Shown piece by piece: positions 28,725 through 37,471 of a stretch of 64,000 nt of DNA. Made by a program: the position numbers and the translations under genes. The notes under the pieces were generated by a model. That model searched no databases. It was not told the DNA's origin and saw only the letters and a list, made by a program, of their open reading frames with translations. Position 1 is the first letter of the stretch; every line of letters starts with the position of its first letter. Source of the DNA: Barnesiella sp. (GTDB taxonomy: Bacteria > Bacteroidota > Bacteroidia > Bacteroidales > Barnesiellaceae_A); the NCBI GenBank assembly GCA_045645425.1, contig JAZRIS010000027.1:181-64180 (forward strand), in the 5' to 3' direction.

Positions 28725-31700
28725 TTATTGAGCAATGAGAACTTTCACCGTACGGCTACCTTGGTTGCTCTCTATTACGAGCAAATAGTTGCCGGCAGGG
28801 AGTTGCGACACATCTATTGTGTTGGTAGCGGCTTGGGCAACCATACGACCACTCAAATCATACAGCGAGAGCATATCTACACTGCCCTCCACGGCAATAT
28901 AGGAAGTAGCCGGATTGGGATATACCTGCACACGGTCAATATCAATACGCTCGACACCGGCAAGTACATTGAAAACGATTTGCTTGCCTTCAACAACATA
29001 GTCGGCACCATTCACGTCATAGGTGGTATTGATGCGGATGCGGTGAGTTTGAGCCTCCTTCCAATCGAGATTTTGTTGTACAAAGCGAGGCTCGGTAATC
29101 AACTCATCATTGGCCTTTTCACCATCTATGAGCACATCATAACCATTGACAGGCAAGAGGTCGGTATTGTCGTTGGCAACACGCATACCCAGCATCCAGT
29201 TGCCCGAAAGACCACCGTCGGAATAGGCCGAGCTGAAAGTATAGTAGTTGAACGAATAAAGGTCTGACACACCCACATTGCCACGACCACTATCCATAGT
29301 GATAGGATATGTAGTAGGATCGACATCGGTACAAACAAGTTTGACACGAATGTTATCGCCGGTCTTGATTTTGTAGGGAGAGGCAAGTTTCACGTCATTC
29401 CAAGTATTGAGCGTGTAGCCTTCCTCGGTACCCATTTCATCCAACACTATCATTTCGTGATCTACACCATTCACCTCAAGGACAATACCAAAGATAGCCT
29501 CGGCAGTGGGATAAAATCGCAACGAAACGATGTTGTAACCCTCATACCAATCGAAATAGCTGCTTGGATATTCATGAGCAACGGTATATTCTATGAGTTC
29601 CGAAGCACCGGTGCGGGTAATACCCTTGCCCGAACTGTTGCCGCGAGCATACGACAATACAGTAGCATCGTTGTTGAGCGGAGCACTCCATCGAGCCTCT
29701 ACTGTATTGGTATAGGCAGCCACCTCAACATCCTCAACAGGAGGCAATACCTCGTATTTGGGTGCAAAGTTGATATTGAGCACAGCCGGCTCGGCAATAC
29801 TACCATCGGCATAGTGAGCCACAATCTTGTAATTGTGACGACCGGCAGTGAGGTCGGTATCGTAATAATTGAGCGATGTAACTTGAGCCAAACGATTGTC
29901 ATCGCGGAAAATCTCATATCCGGCTACAATATCGTTATTGAAATTGACATTGCCGTTTTCATCTACTTTGGATAGAACAGCCGAGATAGCCCAACTCACC
30001 AATACCTCACCCATGCCGTTATCGAGAGAAGATTGGTTGAGCGAGTAGTACTCAGGCTCTACCGACTGACGCAAAAGGTCGGAGTATCCGGGTGTTGATG
30101 AGCCATAAGACATACCCATGAGGTCGTATGAAGGAGCTGTCAATGTAGAAGCATCAATATCGACAGCAACCATAACATCATCGAGAGCGTCAAAGAAAAC
30201 AGGAGTATCCAAGTCAATGGTATTCATGTTGTTGTAAGAAAGAGTAGCCACATCGGTAGGTTGCGAAGCCATTTCTACACCATTGACATAAACCTTGATA
30301 GTATAACGAGCCTCGGCACTGCGCGGCATAAAAGCCACACGAGAGATAGCATACTCGGGAGCATAGTTGGCAACAATGTCCACAGGAAGGAGAATAGCCG
30401 TAGAGAACGAAATAACGCCACCACCAAAGCCGGTAGCTTGCGCATTGTAGTCGAAGAATGTGAAAGAGGGAGAATTGGGTTGAGGCTCGGCCCAACGCAA
30501 CTTCATATCATTGAGATTGACAGCATGCCACTCAATATTGCGCACCGAGTTGAGAGGTTCGGGATATACATCAATGGTAACAGGCTCCGATTTATCCGAC
30601 TCAATATCGGCCTCATCACCGGGATAAAGAGCCGACACAGCATAGGTATATTGACCTTCGGCGGGAAGCGCATCGATGTATGCCAATTCGCTCAACCCTT
30701 CGACAATGAGCTCGTCATTGCGATAAATATTATAGCCAAGCACCTCCGAGGCATTCATAAGAGGCTCTTTCCAAGTGAGTCGCACGCTATTGAGGCCATT
30801 GAGTTTCTCGGCATTGAGAGTAACAGGAGGACAAATATCAACCTCGCGATCGAGAAGCACCACGATAGACAAGGAAGCACCGGTCATCATACCATCTTCA
30901 CACTCATAGGCAAGCATAGAGATAACTTTGCCATCGTTGCTCATTTCTACACCGCGATATAGCTTGTACTTTTGGGCATCAATCTCCACGCCATGCTCAT
31001 CCTTGAGCCAATCGTATAGTTTCACCGCCTTGCCGGCACTTGCATCGTATATATAGGCATATACATCGCTGGCATTGGTCATGGGGTCTTGCATCTGCTC
31101 CTCGCCCAATATATCGCCCTCGTCATTGACATAGCAAGCAAGAAAATAAGAGCATATCTGCGTTGCAGTATATTCGGCAATAAAGGGAAGTCTAAATCTA
31201 TCTTTTGTGTCGAGATTATAGACAAAGGGGTGTCCCATAGACTCACACAAAAGTTTGGTAGCATCGGGCGAAAAACGGCGACCTGCTTCGGCAAATGTTG
31301 CTTTGGGACTGAGGTACTCGACAGTAGAGTCGTTCCACAAAGCAATAGTGCGGTTGATTGTAGAACTACCGATAGAAGTATAACCCCATCCGGCAGCTAA
31401 TTGTCCGTCGTCTGACACGGTGTAACATTGAGCCACATTGTTTTCGTATGGATAGGTAACAGCCAACTTGCCATCAACCCACTTGACAGGCGCATAGCCT
31501 CCGGCTCTCGACGTATAACCCACAATGGTGCGACCGTCACGAGAGATAGACATGGCCTGACCACCCAACGAGTGCCAACGGCCATCGGTATAATAACCAC
31601 CGGAGCCCACAACAATACCGTCATCGGACACATCAAAGGCAGTAGAGCTACCCGAAGTAGAGAGATAGGTAAACTCACCTGTTTGCAAGTTCCACAATAC

Positions 31701-31874
31701 GCCATGCTCGGGAGTTGTCACGCCATCGCCCGATATACCGCAAGCCCACTTACCATTGGGCGACACAGCCAAAACTTGAAAATCGACAGGGCTGGTGAGT
31801 ACGATAGTACCTTTGTCGGCAAATGCACTGATAAACAAAAGCATAGCAGCACATAGAGTAAAGATTTTTTTCAT
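28725..31874 (-). CDS. T9SS cargo protein, 1049 aa: PD40-like propeller, FN3-like modules, unknown beta domains and a T9SS CTD (paralogue 1a)
   Basis: The signal peptide is MKKIFTLCAAMLLFISAFA. Recurring strands are VSPNGKWACG, VSDDGIVVG, ISRDGRTIVG, VSDDGQLAAG and MSNDGKVISM. FN3-like segments are YNIYRNDELI..GQYTYAVSALY and YEIFRDDNRL..GRHNYKIVAHY. The C-terminus VYPNPATSYIAVEG..LPAGNYLLVIES..RTVKVLIAQ is a T9SS sorting domain. Confidence 0.8.
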   Translation of the reverse strand: MKKIFTLCAAMLLFISAFADKGTIVLTSPVDFQVLAVSPNGKWACGISGDGVTTPEHGVLWNLQTGEFTYLSTSGSSTAFDVSDDGIVVGSGGYYTDGRWHSLGGQAMSISRDGRTIVGYTSRAGGYAPVKWVDGKLAVTYPYENNVAQCYTVSDDGQLAAGWGYTSIGSSTINRTIALWNDSTVEYLSPKATFAEAGRRFSPDATKLLCESMGHPFVYNLDTKDRFRLPFIAEYTATQICSYFLACYVNDEGDILGEEQMQDPMTNASDVYAYIYDASAGKAVKLYDWLKDEHGVEIDAQKYKLYRGVEMSNDGKVISMLAYECEDGMMTGASLSIVVLLDREVDICPPVTLNAEKLNGLNSVRLTWKEPLMNASEVLGYNIYRNDELIVEGLSELAYIDALPAEGQYTYAVSALYPGDEADIESDKSEPVTIDVYPEPLNSVRNIEWHAVNLNDMKLRWAEPQPNSPSFTFFDYNAQATGFGGGVISFSTAILLPVDIVANYAPEYAISRVAFMPRSAEARYTIKVYVNGVEMASQPTDVATLSYNNMNTIDLDTPVFFDALDDVMVAVDIDASTLTAPSYDLMGMSYGSSTPGYSDLLRQSVEPEYYSLNQSSLDNGMGEVLVSWAISAVLSKVDENGNVNFNNDIVAGYEIFRDDNRLAQVTSLNYYDTDLTAGRHNYKIVAHYADGSIAEPAVLNINFAPKYEVLPPVEDVEVAAYTNTVEARWSAPLNNDATVLSYARGNSSGKGITRTGASELIEYTVAHEYPSSYFDWYEGYNIVSLRFYPTAEAIFGIVLEVNGVDHEMIVLDEMGTEEGYTLNTWNDVKLASPYKIKTGDNIRVKLVCTDVDPTTYPITMDSGRGNVGVSDLYSFNYYTFSSAYSDGGLSGNWMLGMRVANDNTDLLPVNGYDVLIDGEKANDELITEPRFVQQNLDWKEAQTHRIRINTTYDVNGADYVVEGKQIVFNVLAGVERIDIDRVQVYPNPATSYIAVEGSVDMLSLYDLSGRMVAQAATNTIDVSQLPAGNYLLVIESNQGSRTVKVLIAQ

Positions 31875-31935
31875 TTCTCGTAAGATTGGTTTTTTATAAA
31901 GTTTGTAGAAATATTATTGATGTTACTTGTGACTA

Positions 31936-31943
31936 CAAAGATA
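31936..31943 (-). promoter_or_regulatory. Putative -7 box TAtcTTTG for T9SS gene 28725..31874
   Basis: Plus-strand caaagata lies 61 nt upstream of the ATG at 31874 and forms the first 8 nt of the tandem repeat unit. Confidence 0.45.
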
Positions 31944-32081
31944 GTGATAAACGAGCGAGAAATATGAAGTTTGCTTCATATTTTTCACAGCGAGTGCGAT
32001 GTATCTTGGAGGTTTACCTCAAAGATGCAGATAAACGAGCGAGAAATATGAAGTTTACTTCAATATTTTTCACAGCGAGTG
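31936..32081. repeat. Tandem duplication (two units of about 61 nt, 84-nt period), each carrying a hairpin
   Basis: Unit 1 (31936-31996) is caaagatagtgataaacgagcgagaaatatgaagtttgcttcatatttttcacagcgagtg. Unit 2 (32020-32081) is caaagatgcagataaacgagcgagaaatatgaagtttacttcaatatttttcacagcgagtg. Unit 1 contains a perfect 10-bp hairpin, aaatatgaag/cttcatattt. Unit 2 has a 1-nt bulge in the same hairpin. Confidence 0.85.
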
Positions 32082-32168
32082 AAACTTGTTCGATAGACAA
32101 CGGCTACCAAGCCGCAGAAGCTGAAAATCCTTGCAACACCAACAAAAAAAGCGATATAAAGTTGGGAT

Positions 32169-32208
32169 AAAAAACTACCGCCACTTGCCCAACGGCAAGT
32201 GGCGGTAG
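32169..32208 (-). terminator. Rho-independent terminator of T9SS gene 32232..35468
   Basis: Perfect 15-bp stem, ctaccgccacttgcc (32175-32189) with ggcaagtggcggtag (32194-32208). A minus-strand T-tract follows (plus-strand aaaaaa at 32169-32174). Confidence 0.8.
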
Positions 32209-32231
32209 GATAATTGTATCAATGCTATTTA

Positions 32232-35200
32232 TCAGCGTACAACGAGTACTTTGACAGTGCGAACGGCACCATTGTTGCTAATGTTGAGCAAGTAGTTGCC
32301 GGCGGGAAGAGCCGTTACATCGATAGTATTGGCAGCAGCCTCGGCAACAAGACGACCATTCATGTCGTACAAAGCGAGTTTCTCAACAGCACCTTCTACA
32401 TTGATGTAGGCAGTAGCGGGGTTGGGATAAACGTTTACAAAGTCGAGTTGGATGTTCTCAACACCGGCCTTAACGTTGAAGACAACTTGTTTACCATCCA
32501 CTACAACATCATCGGCACCAAAGTTGTAAACAGTATTGACTTTGATACGGTGAGTTGAGCCATCGTTCCAGTTAAGACCGGCAGTAGTAAACTCAGGCTC
32601 GGTGAGCATACCCTCAACTTCGTTACCATCGAGAACTACATTGTAGCCCTTAACGGGGAGAAGTTCGGTATTGCCATTAGAAACCATCATACCAATCATC
32701 CAGTTACCCTTGGCGTGACCACCATCCGACAAAGCCGAGCTATATGAGCCATAGTAGTTCCAGCAGTAAAGGTCAGAAACGCCTATTGCACCGGGTTGGT
32801 CGTCCAAAGTGATAGGATATGTTCCGGGAACAACGTCGGTACACAAGAGTTTAACGCGGATGTAGTCGCCATTCTTGATAGTGTAGGGATTTTCGAGCTT
32901 GATATTGTTCCAAGTATTGAGTGTATAACCGTCTTCCTCGCCAATTTGACCCAAAACGATAAACTCGTGATCAACACCATTTACTTCGAGAGCGATAGCA
33001 AAAACAGCCTCCTCCGAGGGGTGGAAACGAAGAGCATCGATAGTGTAGCCTTCGTACCAATTCAATATCGAGTAGGGATAAGCGTGAGCAACAGCATACT
33101 CAAACAGGTCTTGAGCACCCGACAAAGAGATACCTTTGCCAGAGTTGATACCCATAGCATAAGAAACTACCGACTCGTCATTCTTAACGGGAGCATTCCA
33201 AGTAGCCTTCATATCTACTGTACCGGCTTCAACAGTTATCTCATCTACTGCTTTCAAGGCATCGGTATTGGTCTTGAATTTGATATCAACATTGGCAGGA
33301 GCCGACTCACCGTTGGGATATTTGGCAACGATACCATAGGTATATTCACCTTCGGTCAAATTGTTGTCCTCAAATTTTTGGTTATCGACAGAAGCAATCT
33401 TCTCGTTGTTGCGATAGATATCATAGCCCAAAACCACATCACCGGCAACACCCTCATTCTCATTTACCAAGATAGCAGAGATAACCCAAGAAATCTTCAT
33501 CTCATAGGGAGAACCCTTACTTGCCTCATAGAGCGAATAGAACTCGGGCTCGGCAGAGTTGCGAAGGAGGTCAGAGTAACCGGGAGTAACGATGCCATAA
33601 GAAGCAGCAACAACCTCATTAGACTCGGCAGTGAATTTAGAAGCATCAATATCGACAATAACAAGTACATCGCTCAATGCACTGAAAGATACGGGAGTAT
33701 CGAGGTCGATAAGATTTACTTCGCCATAAGCCAATGTAGCGGGATCGATCGTTTTGGCAGCTTTCTCTTCGCCATCAACAGTAACGCGGATAGTATAGAT
33801 AGCCTCGGTGTGGATGGGATAGAAAGCAACACGACCTATTTGGTGAGTTTCGCTATAAACCTCAACCATGTCGGCGGGCAACTTGATAGCAGTCAAGAAA
33901 GAGAAAACACCACCACCAAAACCGGTCATAGGCTCATTGAGGTCGTAATATTGAATAGAGGGAAGGTTGGAAGCAGGAGCATTCCAGCGCAAGCGCAAGT
34001 CGTTGTAGTTGGCCGACTTGTACTCGATATTTTGCACTTTGTTGAGAGGCTCGGGAGCAACAATAACAGTAGCGGGCTCGCTCTTCTCAGACTCAACAAC
34101 TTCGCCATTCTCGTCCTCATAGAGAGCAGAAACGGCATAAGTATATTGGCCTTCGGCGAGCTTGGTATCGGTATATGTAGTCATATCAGAAGCAATCTCG
34201 GCGATCTCAACATCATCGCGATAGATGCGATAACCGATAACATTGTCGGCATTCATCAAAGGAGCACTCCAAGAGAGGCGCACATTATTCACAGCAAAGA
34301 GTTTGTTAGCTTTGAGGGCAACGGGAGCACCGAAAGTAACCTCTTGGTCGAGTTTGATAACCATAGATGCAAACTCACCGGTATTCATACCATTTTTAGC
34401 TATGTAGCCATAGGTAGCGATAGACTTGCCATCGTCGCTTATAGAAACGACAGCTTGAGTCAAGAAGGTCTTGGCATCAACCTCTACACCATGTGTGTTT
34501 TTGAGCCATTCGTCAAATTTGTAAGTAGTACCGTTATTGATATCGTACATATAACCATAAGAGCCAGAAGCACCGGTAGACTCATCGCGGAAATTTTCAC
34601 CACCCAATACCATGCCATCGTTGCTTATAGAGAATACATTTTGACCCCAACACATAGGGTGTATCCAAGGCAACTCGGTCTTTTCTTTTGTTTGCAAGTT
34701 ATATACAAATTTGTGACCAAAAGACTCACAAACGAGCCAATTACCATCGGGAGAGAAACCGCGGCCGGCTTCAGAGAATGTAGGCATGGGGCTAAGGTAT
34801 TCAACACCGTCGGCAGTCCACAAAGCGATACAACGGTTGGTAGTTTTATCCTCTTCGCCATACTCGTCGATTTCCACAACTGTTTGATAACCCCAACCGG
34901 CAGCATTTACACCATCACGAGAAATAGCATATACAGTACCGGCCTTCTCATAAGGGAATATATAGTCGAGCTTACCATCTACCCATCTTGCAGGGGCGAG
35001 ATCACTATCGGTAGGACCATTTTGCACATAACCAGCAACAACACGACCATCGGCCGAGATAGCAAAGGCATCAGAGCCATACATCATTACGCCATCTTCG
35101 GCCATAGTAGAGTTGTCAAGACGATGCCATTCGCCATCTTTGTAGCAACCTGCTACATATACACCCAAACCGGCAGGGTGGAGAGTATAGTCGGTGTAAC

Positions 35201-35468
35201 CACCACACACAGTACCATCATCTGTAACAGAATAGGCATTAGACTCATCGGTAGTAGAGAGATATGTAACCTCACCTGTTTCAAGGTTCCAAAGCGCACC
35301 TTGGAAGATAGAGGTACCGTCACCAACAATACCACAAGCCCACTTACCATTGGGCGACATAGACATTACTTGCATCATAGAAGGGCTAGTGAGAAACACC
35401 GCACCTTTCTCGGCAACAGCACTCACTGCCAAGAGCAGAGTAGCGCAAAGAATAGATAATTTTTTCAT
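32232..35468 (-). CDS. T9SS cargo protein, 1078 aa, paralogue 1b of 28725..31874
   Basis: It is collinear with paralogue 1a from the signal peptide (MKKLSILCATLLLAVSAVA; MSPNGKWACGIVGDG; LWNLETGEVTYLST) to the CTD (VYPNPATAYINVEG..LPAGNYLLNISNN..RTVKVLVVR). Confidence 0.8.
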   Translation of the reverse strand: MKKLSILCATLLLAVSAVAEKGAVFLTSPSMMQVMSMSPNGKWACGIVGDGTSIFQGALWNLETGEVTYLSTTDESNAYSVTDDGTVCGGYTDYTLHPAGLGVYVAGCYKDGEWHRLDNSTMAEDGVMMYGSDAFAISADGRVVAGYVQNGPTDSDLAPARWVDGKLDYIFPYEKAGTVYAISRDGVNAAGWGYQTVVEIDEYGEEDKTTNRCIALWTADGVEYLSPMPTFSEAGRGFSPDGNWLVCESFGHKFVYNLQTKEKTELPWIHPMCWGQNVFSISNDGMVLGGENFRDESTGASGSYGYMYDINNGTTYKFDEWLKNTHGVEVDAKTFLTQAVVSISDDGKSIATYGYIAKNGMNTGEFASMVIKLDQEVTFGAPVALKANKLFAVNNVRLSWSAPLMNADNVIGYRIYRDDVEIAEIASDMTTYTDTKLAEGQYTYAVSALYEDENGEVVESEKSEPATVIVAPEPLNKVQNIEYKSANYNDLRLRWNAPASNLPSIQYYDLNEPMTGFGGGVFSFLTAIKLPADMVEVYSETHQIGRVAFYPIHTEAIYTIRVTVDGEEKAAKTIDPATLAYGEVNLIDLDTPVSFSALSDVLVIVDIDASKFTAESNEVVAASYGIVTPGYSDLLRNSAEPEFYSLYEASKGSPYEMKISWVISAILVNENEGVAGDVVLGYDIYRNNEKIASVDNQKFEDNNLTEGEYTYGIVAKYPNGESAPANVDIKFKTNTDALKAVDEITVEAGTVDMKATWNAPVKNDESVVSYAMGINSGKGISLSGAQDLFEYAVAHAYPYSILNWYEGYTIDALRFHPSEEAVFAIALEVNGVDHEFIVLGQIGEEDGYTLNTWNNIKLENPYTIKNGDYIRVKLLCTDVVPGTYPITLDDQPGAIGVSDLYCWNYYGSYSSALSDGGHAKGNWMIGMMVSNGNTELLPVKGYNVVLDGNEVEGMLTEPEFTTAGLNWNDGSTHRIKVNTVYNFGADDVVVDGKQVVFNVKAGVENIQLDFVNVYPNPATAYINVEGAVEKLALYDMNGRLVAEAAANTIDVTALPAGNYLLNISNNGAVRTVKVLVVR

Positions 35469-35494
35469 TTTCTTTTAAAATTAAAGTTTGAATA

Positions 35495-37381
35495 TTATTT
35501 GATTAAGATTTTTTCATTGACAACACCGGTGGCAGTTTCGACAGAAACGATAGCTACGCCACGATAGTTGGCAGCATCGGTCACAACAACATTGGCATCG
35601 TAGGCGGTGTCGAGAAGAGTTCCGTCAATAGCATATAGACGCACGGTGGCACGACCCTCAAAGTTTGACACATACACCATGCCATCTGTGGCAGTGATAT
35701 TGTAGCGAGGTGAGTCTTGAAGATTGTCAGCAACAGCCGAACTCCAATCTATATCATCGGTATTGACACGAGCTGCAGCCAAAACTTTCTTATCGCGAGT
35801 GTACATGAGAACAGCAGTAATAGAAATGTTGCGGGGGTCATAAACATACTGTGCATCGAATATGGGAGTAGCAGGCATGGCCACGGTGTCGGTCAGCTCA
35901 TAATCGGTGTATGCGGCAAGCGTTTCTTGGGGGAAAGAGCCGGCAACACCATCAAAGGCAGTTGCATCACCGCGAGCGACATCATGGAAGTAACACAAAG
36001 AAGCAGGCACTGTGCTGGGCAAGAAATTGTACTCTCGACAACGAGCATTTTGGCAACTGTTTGATTGAGCATACTTAGAGTTATCGGGCTGATGAACAAC
36101 ATTCTCGGTGATGATGTAACCTACACGATAACGGTCGGACGAGTTGTCATACTCTTGCGAGAAACGCACTGTACTCGACACCTCAAACGTGCCATCGGTG
36201 GTATATTTTACCGAGGGGATAATCTCGGCAGTGACGGGCTTGCCCCAAGCGGCATAGATGACACCATCGTCTTGAGCTTGTTGCGAAACAAGACCGACAG
36301 AACGATTGTAAACCATACCGGGAAGGTTTTTCATAAAATAGAGAAGACCGTTGTAATACACAGCATCGGCCATAGCTTCGTAGGCACCTGAGGGGCAGTG
36401 ACCCTCGACCTTGATGATGCGGTTGCGGAAGCGTTGCTCATACTTGTGCATGGTGATTGTGCCCTCGGGACAGTTGTTGCACCATGTACCTGTAAATTTC
36501 TCAACCAACATATTGCGAGGGAAAGCCGAGCAATATACGGTATCGACAACACTCCACACGATATTGTCGTCGGAGGCAACAGATTTCTTGACACCAACGG
36601 TATAGGGCATTTTACCCTCCTCGATAGTGGGAACGGTGAAAGAGAAAGCGATATGGTCGCCTGTTGCGCATTGCACATCGTTATCGGCCACATAAAGTTC
36701 ATCGCCAACCTTTACAACCGGCACAAAACTGTCGGCCGAAGCCATATTGCGTATATCGCCGCATATCTCAATAGTGCTACCACCGGTAGCCGATACATCG
36801 GTGCGATTGTCAAGGGCATACTCGTTGTAGAACTCACCCACCTTGACATTGTCGATACCGAGCATAAAGCCATCTTGTCCGGTGTGAACAAAGGCTATGT
36901 ATATATCTTGACCATCGTAGTCAGCCAAAGAAATGGCATGACGACGAATGAAATAATCTTCATCTTGAACAGCATAAACTTCGGTAAAGTCGGCCGGCTT
37001 GTTAGAGGCCGTAGAAATCATTACCTTATAATCTTCGCGAAAATCGTAATGTACCGACATGGCATCCCAAGCCAGCACAGCGAGAGAAGAATTGACACTT
37101 ATTTTAGGCAAAATCATCCAGTCATCGACGGGATAATCGTATGTGCAAAGAGAAGAACTCATAGCTGCAGAACAGTCCTTGTCATACTGACCCACAGTCC
37201 ACGAGCCTTTTGAAAAATCGATACGAGTGATAGAAGACTTGGTGGGGTTTTCGTCACGATCGAGCAAAGTAATATCCTTGGGTATTCCCTTCTCAAAAGA
37301 GGCTTCAAAATAGATATTTTGCGCCATGGCAGAGAAGCTCAAAGCAAGAAAAAGGAGGATAAAAGAAAGCGCTTTTTTCAT
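35495..37381 (-). CDS. T9SS cargo protein: choice-of-anchor-J-like N-domain, Omp28-like/thioredoxin-like region (WCNNCP) and CTD
   Basis: Start at MKKALSFILLFLALSFSAMAQ (ATG at 37381). DDWMILPKISV..YKVMIST is like choice-of-anchor J domains, and VEKFTGTWCNNCPEG is like Omp28-related proteins. The C-terminal ATVRLYAIDGTLL...GVAIVSVETATGVVNEKILIK is CTD-like. The gap to the next gene is 26 nt. Confidence 0.7.
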   Translation of the reverse strand: MKKALSFILLFLALSFSAMAQNIYFEASFEKGIPKDITLLDRDENPTKSSITRIDFSKGSWTVGQYDKDCSAAMSSSLCTYDYPVDDWMILPKISVNSSLAVLAWDAMSVHYDFREDYKVMISTASNKPADFTEVYAVQDEDYFIRRHAISLADYDGQDIYIAFVHTGQDGFMLGIDNVKVGEFYNEYALDNRTDVSATGGSTIEICGDIRNMASADSFVPVVKVGDELYVADNDVQCATGDHIAFSFTVPTIEEGKMPYTVGVKKSVASDDNIVWSVVDTVYCSAFPRNMLVEKFTGTWCNNCPEGTITMHKYEQRFRNRIIKVEGHCPSGAYEAMADAVYYNGLLYFMKNLPGMVYNRSVGLVSQQAQDDGVIYAAWGKPVTAEIIPSVKYTTDGTFEVSSTVRFSQEYDNSSDRYRVGYIITENVVHQPDNSKYAQSNSCQNARCREYNFLPSTVPASLCYFHDVARGDATAFDGVAGSFPQETLAAYTDYELTDTVAMPATPIFDAQYVYDPRNISITAVLMYTRDKKVLAAARVNTDDIDWSSAVADNLQDSPRYNITATDGMVYVSNFEGRATVRLYAIDGTLLDTAYDANVVVTDAANYRGVAIVSVETATGVVNEKILIK

Positions 37382-37471
37382 ATATCTTATTAAACAGGTA
37401 CGAGTGTGCACCCAAAGGCACACACTCATACATATGTTAGATAGGTTTATTATTGCGTATCACAGGTATTT

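Noticed and set aside
32796-35459. A very long antisense ORF (887 aa, plus strand) lies opposite T9SS gene 32232..35468. Similar long antisense ORFs occur at 38639..40594, 42013..43611, 36398..37213, 16033..17160, 17698..19080, 23482..24636, 53107..54342 and 9228..10097.
   Set aside because: Their translations are low-complexity and Ile/Val/Gly/Arg-rich, with no motifs, signal peptides or promoter boxes. In every case the opposite strand carries a gene with clear family signatures. They are best explained as stop-poor shadow frames produced by the codon bias of the real genes.
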